DNA of 13,517 nt, taken from Polyangiales bacterium. Its GTDB lineage: Bacteria; Myxococcota_A; Polyangia; Polyangiales; Houyiibacteriaceae. Position 1 is the first letter of the stretch, and every line of letters begins with the position of its first letter. The DNA is taken from assembly GCA_045106895.1 (NCBI GenBank), contig JBGCFM010000193.1, forward strand, positions 1 to 13,517, read 5' to 3'. Below are positions 1-7,507 of the stretch, piece by piece. The position numbers were made by a program, and so were the translations under genes. Below the pieces are notes generated by a model, which worked only from the letters and a program-made list of their open reading frames with translations, was not told the origin of the DNA and did no database searches.

Positions 1-1328
1 TGCGAAGCGAGGTGCGCGAGGGACTGAAACGTCTGCGCCAGCGAATGCAGGTTCTCAGGCTGCTTCATGAGATGCGCGAGCATGAGCGCGTCGGCCGTCG
101 CCAGAATCCCAGACGTGGACAGACGCAGTTGGAAACCCATCCGCCGCAGAGCGTCCACGTGCACCTCTGCTTCAGCAGACAGCCGCATGAGCGACGCCTT
201 CAGGGGGAGCTGAGCCGCGACGAGGATGTTCAAGCGAGGCAGGTAGTCCTTCGCATGGCGCGCGCCTCCGTACGGCTTGTCCGGGTGCGCGTCCAAGAGC
301 ATGGGGTAGCCCGCCACCGTTGCGCTCAGCGTCCCAAATCGCAGGCCCGCTCCGACGATCCAGTAGTCGCTGTAGGTCTCCGCCCAGTACGCGTTGAGCC
401 ACGCGACCTGGTCTTCAAGCTTCGTCGAGTATCGGCCGCTGAACTGCTGCTCCAAGTCGTGGAGCGGCGAGGACCAGCGCTCGCGGCGCATAACGCGCCA
501 CAGGAGAAAGAGCAGAACCGGCAGGGCCATGGCTGCCATCACCAGCGCGGCGACGGCCATGGTGTGATGGTCTCCTTCGACGGCAGCGCTCAGTACAAAG
601 CTGCCGAGGCCGAGCATCGCGACGGCGCTCCACGAACCGAGCATGACCTTCATAGGGTTGACGGAAGCGTTGCGCATGCTGAGCGTCACGGCGCGCTTTG
701 CTCGAAGCTGTGCCATGCCCGCCTCGCGCCGCACGACGTTGCCGGCCTCGAGCACCTGCATCATCACCGTCGGCGAGGGGACAAGTCGCGACGAACAATA
801 CGCGCACGCAGCGGCGGGGTCCCCGGCGACGAGCTGGTTGTTCGCGCCACACGTTGGACAGCTCACGTGCACCGCCACAGCAGCCACGCGGGACGCTTTG
901 CTTCTAGCGCGACGGAGCATGAACAAGAGCGGGACGCCGAGCCACAAGCTGATGGCGACGACGGGGAAGAGCATCATCGCGTTTCGCTTCATCTCGCTGG
1001 AGAGCGAAGGGCTCATCAGCATGAACTGAACGCCGCCGCCGATGACGAGCATCAAGACGACCATGACGCCGAAGAGCTTCAGCACCGTATTCGACGCGGG
1101 CATCTGCCCGGCCAAGTTCTCCATTGAGTGCGCTTTGTTCAGGGAGGCGTTGGCATCCTGAATGCTCGCTGCGACCTGGTCTTCATAGCTGCGGAGCTCA
1201 TTCACGAGGGCGGTTGGAATAGGCTCCGAGTGCCCACAGCTCGCGCATGGTGCAATCAGCGCCGCTGCATGCAGCTCGATGGAGGCACCGCAGCGCGAGC
1301 ATCGAATTGATCGTCCTGGCCGCGCCAT
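1..1328 (-). CDS. Hypothetical membrane protein with two zinc-ribbon + 2-TM modules; 3' end runs off the window (at least 442 aa)
   Basis: Manual reverse-strand translation is stop-free from ATG 1328 to base 3, with an in-frame TAG just upstream: MARPGRSIRCSRCGASIELHAAALIAPCASCGHSEPIP...TM1,TM2...RRARSK...VSCPTCGANNQLVAGDPAAACAYCSSRLVP...TM3,TM4...RVMRRER...soluble C-terminal domain. It is not in the ORF track, presumably because it has no stop in the window. The + ORFs 12..1127 and 1128..1310 are its antisense shadows. Confidence 0.88.
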   Translation of the reverse strand, partial: MARPGRSIRCSRCGASIELHAAALIAPCASCGHSEPIPTALVNELRSYEDQVAASIQDANASLNKAHSMENLAGQMPASNTVLKLFGVMVVLMLVIGGGVQFMLMSPSLSSEMKRNAMMLFPVVAISLWLGVPLLFMLRRARSKASRVAAVAVHVSCPTCGANNQLVAGDPAAACAYCSSRLVPSPTVMMQVLEAGNVVRREAGMAQLRAKRAVTLSMRNASVNPMKVMLGSWSAVAMLGLGSFVLSAAVEGDHHTMAVAALVMAAMALPVLLFLLWRVMRRERWSSPLHDLEQQFSGRYSTKLEDQVAWLNAYWAETYSDYWIVGAGLRFGTLSATVAGYPMLLDAHPDKPYGGARHAKDYLPRLNILVAAQLPLKASLMRLSAEAEVHVDALRRMGFQLRLSTSGILATADALMLAHLMKQPENLHSLAQTFQSLAHLAS

Positions 1329-1405
1329 GGATGGAACCTACGTGGAAGAATGCGTCACCTCAACACCTCGCAGCGACCTGTCTATCCCTATGTCGCCTCC
1401 CCGAT

Positions 1406-1433
1406 TTGACACCGCAGCCTGCCGGAGTAGAGC
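1406..1433 (+). promoter_or_regulatory. Candidate sigma70-type promoter for the MMPL gene
   Basis: Perfect TTGACA at 1406-1411, 16-bp spacer, weak -10 TAGAGC at 1428-1433, inside the 143-bp divergent intergenic region. Confidence 0.4.
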
Positions 1434-1471
1434 GGACCCACCCTGACTCTCGGTCAGGGAAGGCCAAACGC

Positions 1472-3979
1472 ATGAGTGAAAAGCGAAAGCTCTCAGATAG
1501 AGTCGCGAGCCGTTTCGCTCGAATGAGTCTCGGCGTCAGCGCGTTGGTTGTCCTCGCAGCCCTCGCGCTCGGAGCGGTAGGCATATTTGAGTTTGCACGC
1601 CTCGCATCCGTGGACTCGCGCGTCGAAACGCTGCTGCCGGACGACACGCCCACGCAGGCTACGCTGGACGAAGCGCGGACCCGTTACCCCGCAGCGTCGC
1701 CGCTCTACCTGGTTGTTCAGTCCTCGGACTCAGTGACGAACCGGCGCATCGCCGACGAAATGGAGAGCATTCTTAACGAAAGCGACGAGGTGCTCTGGTC
1801 CGTATCCAAACGAGACCCATCGTTCTTCCTCGATCGACGACTTCTCTACGTACCCACACCTGCACTTCAGACCTTGGCGGACGAAGTGTCGCTCTTCGTC
1901 GAATGGCAACGCTGTGATGCCAATCCGCTTTGTGTTTCCCTCGAAGACGAACCCCCTCCGCCTAATTTTGCCGCGGCACAAACGGCTTTTGAGGAGGATT
2001 CTAACGCCGCACCACTCTTTCGGCTCTTCGGCCTCGACGATCTGCCGTCTCCTGAGACGAATGACGGGGCCGGCGAGCCTTCCGGCGATGACATGGGCGA
2101 CCTCTGCAATCCAGAGGGCACGCTTTGCGTCGTCCAAGCAGCGCTTCGAGGTGATTCTTCGGACTTAGCCTACGCAACGAGAGTCTATGACGAACTCGAC
2201 ACCGCCCTTGACCGGTTCCGTGATGGCGGCGACCGCGTCTTGGACGGGCCAGACGATATTCGGGTCCATGTGCGCGGCCGAATGCGAAACCTGGTGCACA
2301 GTCAGTCGACGCTCAAACAAGACCTCGGGAAGACGGCGGGACTGAGCCTCAGCTTGGTCTTGCTCATCCTGCTCGTCCAGTTTCGAGGCGGACGGGCGCT
2401 TCTCGTTTTGCTTCTTCCCCTCGTCGTAGGCGCTGGCTGGACAGCGCTCTTTGTCGCTCATGTGACGCCCATACTCAACCTCATCAGCGCCGCGACACTG
2501 GCGGTCTTGGCGGGCTTGGGTATCGACTTCGGTCTTCACCTCCTCACGCACTACTCCCATGTGCGTGAAAACGGTGCCGACGTTCGGCAAGCCATCGAGC
2601 AAACCCTGCGAACGCTCCTACCCTCACTCAGCGTCGCTGGGCTCACCACTGCCGGCGGATTCGCCGCCGTGTCCGCCGGCGCGTTTCCGGGTTTTCAACA
2701 AATGGGCCTAGTTGCGGGTACGGGCATCGTCTTGACGCTCATCGCGTACCTGCTCGTCATGCCTCCGGTGCTTCTATTGCTCAATCGGATTCGGACCGAG
2801 AGGCGCTCACTTACGCGTCCTTGGAAGGCGCCCGAATGGCTGCGGAAGCCGTTTCCCAAAGGAGTCTCCAAGGTGATGGTCGGCGCCGGCTTCGCGGTGC
2901 TCATCGGGGGACTCTTGCTCTCCCCGCAGCTAAGCCTCGAGACCGACTACGGATCGCTCGCACCGCCGAGTGGCGAATCCGTGAACTACGGCTCGGCCAT
3001 GCACGGCACCTCAGCGTCTCTCGTGCTCCTGCTCGCCGATACGCCCGAAGAGCTTGAGTCCGCGATCTCGTCGCTCATCGATCGCTACCCAGATGGTCCT
3101 TACGAGAGTGGCAGAGCGTGGCTGATGGCGCCCTCGATGTTCATCCCCGAGGAGCCCGCTGAACGGCTCGCCATCATCGCCGGAGTACGCGACGAGGTCG
3201 ACCGTCTCGAAGGGCGCCTGAGCGAAGAACAAGCTGCCAACATTGCAGAATGGCGTCCCCTCTTGTCTGTGGATGCTCCAATCACCAGTGAGTCTGTACC
3301 CTTGTGGGCCCGTTCCGTCTTGAGCGAAGCGGACGGTCGTTTCGGCACCATCGGAATCCTCTACGCATCCGTCGACAGTCGAAACACCGATGACATGGAG
3401 GAACTCGGCGCTCTCCTCAACGAATGGCGCGAGGCTTATCCGGGCGTTCGCTTTGCTTCCTTCGGCGCTCTTCTTGGCGAAGTCTCTTCGCTTGTGCGCC
3501 AAGACGCTCCCCAGATTGTCATCATCGCGGCGTTCGGCCTTTTGCTCGTCACACTGCTCATCGGCCGTTCCTTCAAGCGAAGCGCCTTCGCTCTTGCACC
3601 CGTTGTCCTAGCGAGCGCCTCCTCGATTCTGCTGATGGTCTTCATCGGACTGAACGTGAACCTGTACAACTTGCTCATGTTTCCCGTGGCCTTTGGAATC
3701 GCCGTCGATGGAGCGGTGTATCTGGTGTGGACCATCGGATCTGACTCTCCCCAAAAAGGACCCGCAGACTCCAGCTCGTTCGAGGCATTTCCTGTTGTGG
3801 GCCGCGCTATTTTCGCGTCCACGCTGACCACGATGTGCGCGTTTGGGAGCATGCTGATCAGCCAAAACCCGGGGCTTCAAAGTCTCGGAACGCTCGCCAT
3901 CGTTACCCTCGGCGCGACGCTCGTCGCCAACCTCCTCTGGCTCCCGGCGCTGATCTCGCTGACTCAAAAGCGCGCCTGA
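1472..3979 (+). CDS. MMPL/RND-superfamily lipid transporter (HpnN-like architecture), about 835 aa
   Basis: Two repeats of [1 TM + large extracytoplasmic loop + 5 TM], with GLGIDFGLH and GIAVDGAVY (GxxxD) motifs in the TM4/TM10 equivalents. Start moved from 1247 to ATG 1472: GGGAAGG lies 8 nt upstream, and 1247 would overlap the minus-strand zinc-ribbon gene. Confidence 0.9.
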   Translation: MSEKRKLSDRVASRFARMSLGVSALVVLAALALGAVGIFEFARLASVDSRVETLLPDDTPTQATLDEARTRYPAASPLYLVVQSSDSVTNRRIADEMESILNESDEVLWSVSKRDPSFFLDRRLLYVPTPALQTLADEVSLFVEWQRCDANPLCVSLEDEPPPPNFAAAQTAFEEDSNAAPLFRLFGLDDLPSPETNDGAGEPSGDDMGDLCNPEGTLCVVQAALRGDSSDLAYATRVYDELDTALDRFRDGGDRVLDGPDDIRVHVRGRMRNLVHSQSTLKQDLGKTAGLSLSLVLLILLVQFRGGRALLVLLLPLVVGAGWTALFVAHVTPILNLISAATLAVLAGLGIDFGLHLLTHYSHVRENGADVRQAIEQTLRTLLPSLSVAGLTTAGGFAAVSAGAFPGFQQMGLVAGTGIVLTLIAYLLVMPPVLLLLNRIRTERRSLTRPWKAPEWLRKPFPKGVSKVMVGAGFAVLIGGLLLSPQLSLETDYGSLAPPSGESVNYGSAMHGTSASLVLLLADTPEELESAISSLIDRYPDGPYESGRAWLMAPSMFIPEEPAERLAIIAGVRDEVDRLEGRLSEEQAANIAEWRPLLSVDAPITSESVPLWARSVLSEADGRFGTIGILYASVDSRNTDDMEELGALLNEWREAYPGVRFASFGALLGEVSSLVRQDAPQIVIIAAFGLLLVTLLIGRSFKRSAFALAPVVLASASSILLMVFIGLNVNLYNLLMFPVAFGIAVDGAVYLVWTIGSDSPQKGPADSSSFEAFPVVGRAIFASTLTTMCAFGSMLISQNPGLQSLGTLAIVTLGATLVANLLWLPALISLTQKRA

Positions 3980-3992
3980 GCAGTTCATCGAG

Positions 3993-5159
3993 TCAAGGCG
4001 CGGAACGAATTCGCTTCAGCTGGATCGAAAAGTAGAGGAACGCACACACGGCGAGCACCGTGTGAGCTGTAAGAAGCTGCGCGAAGAACCCGGCGATGAC
4101 GGCAAGCCCGTAGAACGTCGAGATCGCATCGATGCGCAAGAAGAGTTCAAGCCCTGCAGTCAGACGCTCGATGGGAGAACGCTTCCCTTGCTTACGGTGT
4201 CCCCACTCGATGCTCTGGTAGGTACCGCGTGCGTCCGTCGCGAGGGCCGCTGATATTTGCACAACCTGGACGCCCATCCATGCGACGACGCCGACCACGC
4301 CCCACCACATCCACTCGCTTTGACCTTGAACCATGACGAGTTGCCAGGTGACCCCGGCAATGAATGCGGCGATGCCGATGCCGTCACCGATGGTGTCGAG
4401 CCAAGCACCAAACACGCTGCCCTGGTAGCGAAGGCGAGCGAGTTCGCCGTCAATGCAGTCGACGACCCGCATGAACATATGGAGCAAGCCGCCGGCGATA
4501 ATGGCGCCGTGTTCGGGGAGCGCGACGAGTAGCGCCGAGACCAGAGCGAGCCCCAAGGTAATCCAAGAAATCGCATTCGGCGTGATCCGCGTGTGCATCA
4601 ACATTCGCGTGAGCCGAAGGGAAAGCGGACGCATGTACAGGCGCTCGAAGATGCCGCTCGTCGGTTTGATCAGGCTCTGCAGGTGAAGTTGCGTGGCGCT
4701 CTTGAGCTGCTGCGGAGTCGTCACTTCGAGCAAGAAACAACCGTCCATGTCGAACTCAGTCGCGTCCGGCGGCTCGTCTTCGGGATGGCTCGCCTCTGCG
4801 GCCGGCGCCGTCACCGTCATGCGCGCCCCGTGCTGCCCGGCGGCGAGCATATTATGACCATCTCTCACGGCGGAGGCGAGGAGCCGTCGTGGCAGATCCC
4901 GGTGGTAGGTGTCCTGCATTCGCACGGAGATCGCAAAGGCGTCGGTGGGCGGAACCACATCCACGGCCTCTACCGGCGTCTGAAGCCGCGCATCTTCAGG
5001 CAAGCCGCTGGCGTCCGCTCCGACAAACCAGACTTGCTTCACACCCGCAGCCTGAAGCGCAAGCGCGTGACGCAGGGCGGCGGGCAATGAAGCTACCTGT
5101 GTTGTGGCGTCCCACTCGGGTGGCAGCCAAACAATGCCAACGCTGCTCTCCGTCAACAT
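3993..5159 (-). CDS. CDP-alcohol phosphotransferase (DIPPS-like) with a degenerate N-terminal nucleotidyltransferase-like domain, 388 aa
   Basis: Signature DxxDGxxAR-x8-GxxxDxxxD is present as DCIDGELARLRYQGSVFGAWLDTIGD, preceded by RP...ITPN. The N-terminal QVASLPAALRHALALQAAGVKQVWFVG resembles the start of an NTP-transferase fold but has no GxGxR motif. Confidence 0.9.
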   Translation of the reverse strand: MLTESSVGIVWLPPEWDATTQVASLPAALRHALALQAAGVKQVWFVGADASGLPEDARLQTPVEAVDVVPPTDAFAISVRMQDTYHRDLPRRLLASAVRDGHNMLAAGQHGARMTVTAPAAEASHPEDEPPDATEFDMDGCFLLEVTTPQQLKSATQLHLQSLIKPTSGIFERLYMRPLSLRLTRMLMHTRITPNAISWITLGLALVSALLVALPEHGAIIAGGLLHMFMRVVDCIDGELARLRYQGSVFGAWLDTIGDGIGIAAFIAGVTWQLVMVQGQSEWMWWGVVGVVAWMGVQVVQISAALATDARGTYQSIEWGHRKQGKRSPIERLTAGLELFLRIDAISTFYGLAVIAGFFAQLLTAHTVLAVCAFLYFSIQLKRIRSAP

Positions 5160-5167
5160 GCGACGGC

Positions 5168-5179
5168 CACGCTAGCGTG
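5168..5179. promoter_or_regulatory. Perfect 12-bp palindrome CACGCTAGCGTG; candidate bidirectional -10 element or operator
   Basis: Lies in the 48-bp gap between divergent genes and reads TAGCGT (TAnnnT) on both strands. Confidence 0.5.
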
Positions 5180-5207
5180 ACCTCCAGACCCATGCAAACG
5201 TAGCCGG

Positions 5208-6287
5208 GTGTCCGGAGCTACCCCTGACCCCGTGACCATCGAGCCCTCTGTGCCTCCTTCTTCCCAGAAGAAGAAGCTCAAAGGTGCTCTCGGATTCGTC
5301 GTCGGCATCGCGCTCTTCTTGTGGGTATTCCTCTCCCAAGATGGCCTCGAGATTCTCCTCGGCGTAGTTCGCACGATCGGCGATCGCTGGCCATTGCTTC
5401 TCCTGCCGTACCTCGTCGGAGCAGCGCTCAGCGTTCTCTGCTACCGGGTAGCGCTTCCAGGACGTGGCCGGGCGGTGCCCTTCGGTGCCCTCGTTCACGC
5501 CGAGCGATCAAGCATCATCGTCAACAGTGTGCTTCCCTTTGCGAACTACGGAGGAAACTTCGTCAAGGTGATGCTCCTCGGCCACTGGTACACGACTTCG
5601 GAGGTCCTCGCTGCGGGAGTTTGGGGCGCCATCGGTTCGGGTTTGTGCAACTCACTCGCCGTCGTCGGTCCCGTCGTTGCCATCGTGGTTGGTGTTTCCG
5701 ACCCGGTCGCAGCGGGAATTATCGCCCTCCTCACGCTCACAACATCCGTTCCAGCCTTCCTGGTGATCACGTCGGTGCGTAAAGGACTGACGGCAAAGCT
5801 CATCCGCCTACTCGGACGAATCCCACGGATTCCCGAGAGCCGGAAAGAGCTCTGGTTGAAGCGGGCGAAAGACTTTGATGTTCACCTCGCCAAAGCCGTC
5901 GGTGAGCGCCGTCGTGACTTTGCGCTCCACGTGTTCATCAAGAGTGGTGTTCAGGTCACCCGCATCGCGGAAATCTGGTTGATCATTGAACTCCTTGGTT
6001 TGTCCGGCGGTCTCTTGGTCGCACTTCTGTTCAATGCCGTCAGCCGAACCACCGAACAGTTCCTCAGCTTCATCCCAGGACAGTTTGGCGTCTTTGAAGC
6101 ATCGGCCATGCTTGGGTTTTCCGCTCTTGGTTTCAGCACCGAGGACGGGCTTGCCGTCGCTTTGACACTGAGATTTCATTTCTTCGTCGGAATGTTCGTG
6201 AGTGGCACCGCGCTTGCTACAGCGTCGCGCATCACAAAGAAATATCCTGCTTCCTCCTCACTGCCTGAGAGCAGCGCTTCGTCATGA
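5208..6287 (+). CDS. Lysylphosphatidylglycerol synthase TM / UPF0104 flippase-like membrane protein, up to 359 aa
   Basis: About 8 TM segments with family-typical motifs VNSVLPFANYGGNFVK and FIPGQFGVFEA...GLAVALTLR. No aminoacyl-transferase domain. Start is GTG 5208 or GTG 5232. Confidence 0.8.
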   Translation: MSGATPDPVTIEPSVPPSSQKKKLKGALGFVVGIALFLWVFLSQDGLEILLGVVRTIGDRWPLLLLPYLVGAALSVLCYRVALPGRGRAVPFGALVHAERSSIIVNSVLPFANYGGNFVKVMLLGHWYTTSEVLAAGVWGAIGSGLCNSLAVVGPVVAIVVGVSDPVAAGIIALLTLTTSVPAFLVITSVRKGLTAKLIRLLGRIPRIPESRKELWLKRAKDFDVHLAKAVGERRRDFALHVFIKSGVQVTRIAEIWLIIELLGLSGGLLVALLFNAVSRTTEQFLSFIPGQFGVFEASAMLGFSALGFSTEDGLAVALTLRFHFFVGMFVSGTALATASRITKKYPASSSLPESSASS

Positions 6288-7108
6288 ATGCACAACCACC
6301 AATCGAACGCCTCAGTCTCCGGGACAAGCTCGGGAAGCTTCGTCAAAAACAAGAAAACTCGTTCACGCCGATTTTCTTCCATCGACCTGCGGCCATTCTC
6401 TTGCTGCTGCCCCTCGTCGACATTCAGTGGATCACACCCAATAGGCTCACCACGCTCAGCATCCTATTGCGACTCGCCGCAGCGGCGCTGCTTTGGCCCG
6501 AAGAATGGGGTGGCGCCCAGAGCACGTCCCTCACGCTATGGTCCATGGCCATTCTCTGGAATGTTGGCGGCATTCTCGACGCAGCCGATGGGGCTCTCGC
6601 CCGCTACCGCCAAACGGGTTCAGCCTTTGGCCGCTTCTACGACAAAGTCTCGGATCGCCTACTCACGCTCTGTTTCATGATGGCTCTTTCCGCCCGGACG
6701 ATGCTTCTCACCGGAGAGATCCGCTACATCTTTATCGCCTTCATCTATGTAGCGATGATGAGCGCTTCCAGCGTCGCCAAGTGGATCGAAACCGGCATCA
6801 TGGCCGACCTCGGCACCGGCTCCGCAGCGGATCCGGATGAAGTTGAAGTCGACGTTCGAAGTCCCCTCGAATGGATCAAGTACTGGCTATGGTCCCTTCG
6901 CACCATCTTTGTGGTGACGGAAATGGACCTTCCGTTTTGGGTATCGGTGGCAGTCCTGACGGCAAAGGAGACTTGGCTCTTCTCCTACCTCGCCGTAATC
7001 ACGGTTCCTTATGCGCTCATCGCCATCACCGTGCGCGGCGTGCGGCTCTACCGGTTAGACGTCGCTTCTCTCCAGAGCGACTCAGGCTTGGAGGAACGCG
7101 AGCGATGA
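6284..7108 (+). CDS. CDP-alcohol phosphotransferase, 274 aa
   Basis: Signature DAADGALARYRQTGSAFGRFYDKVSD, with HRP...ITPN upstream. ATGA overlap with the flippase-like gene implies translational coupling. Confidence 0.92.
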   Translation: MNAQPPIERLSLRDKLGKLRQKQENSFTPIFFHRPAAILLLLPLVDIQWITPNRLTTLSILLRLAAAALLWPEEWGGAQSTSLTLWSMAILWNVGGILDAADGALARYRQTGSAFGRFYDKVSDRLLTLCFMMALSARTMLLTGEIRYIFIAFIYVAMMSASSVAKWIETGIMADLGTGSAADPDEVEVDVRSPLEWIKYWLWSLRTIFVVTEMDLPFWVSVAVLTAKETWLFSYLAVITVPYALIAITVRGVRLYRLDVASLQSDSGLEERER

Positions 7109-7506
7109 CCGATCTCTTCGATCAACGATGTCGTCGACACGCCCTCAGTTCGCGGCAGGTAGATAACCTCACATAGGTTGCGGAATTCGTCGAAGCGACC
7201 GAGCCAGTCGTCTCCCATCACGAGTTTATCCGCGCGATGCTCTTGAATGTACTCGCCCTTGAGCTCGAGCGAGTCTTCAAGAAAGACATCATCGACGAAG
7301 CGAATCATGGACACGATTTCCATTCGATCGTTCTCCGAATAAACGGGCCGTCGGCCCTTCTTTCGGAAGTTGAGTGCGTCCGAGGAGACGCCAACAACGA
7401 GACGGTTTCCGAGCCGCGCAGCCCGTTCAAAAATACGAACGTGTCCGACATGCAAGACGTCGAAGGTTCCAAAAGTGATCACCGTGCTTTGAGGTCGAAG
7501 AGTCAT
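7048..7506 (-). CDS. TagD-like cytidylyltransferase (glycerol-3-phosphate or related alcohol-phosphate), 152 aa
   Basis: ITFGTFDVLHVGH (HxGH), MGDDW and RTEGVSTT motifs, collinear with Bacillus subtilis TagD as recalled. Starts 1 bp after the stop of the upstream phosphotransferase gene. Confidence 0.92.
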   Translation of the reverse strand: MTLRPQSTVITFGTFDVLHVGHVRIFERAARLGNRLVVGVSSDALNFRKKGRRPVYSENDRMEIVSMIRFVDDVFLEDSLELKGEYIQEHRADKLVMGDDWLGRFDEFRNLCEVIYLPRTEGVSTTSLIEEIGHRSRSSKPESLWREATSNR

Positions 7507-7507
7507 C

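Noticed and set aside
12..1310. + strand ORFs of 371 aa and 60 aa (His/Arg/Glu-rich)
   Set aside because: Codon-aligned antisense shadows of the minus-strand zinc-ribbon membrane gene; His runs mirror Met/Val codons.
1247..1471. 75-aa N-terminal extension of the MMPL ORF
   Set aside because: Overlaps the divergent gene and the promoter region; ATG 1472 has an SD-like site and directly precedes TM1.
1472..3979. Naming the transporter hpnN (hopanoid export)
   Set aside because: Architecture is similar, but there are no hopanoid genes in the window and the substrate cannot be determined from sequence.
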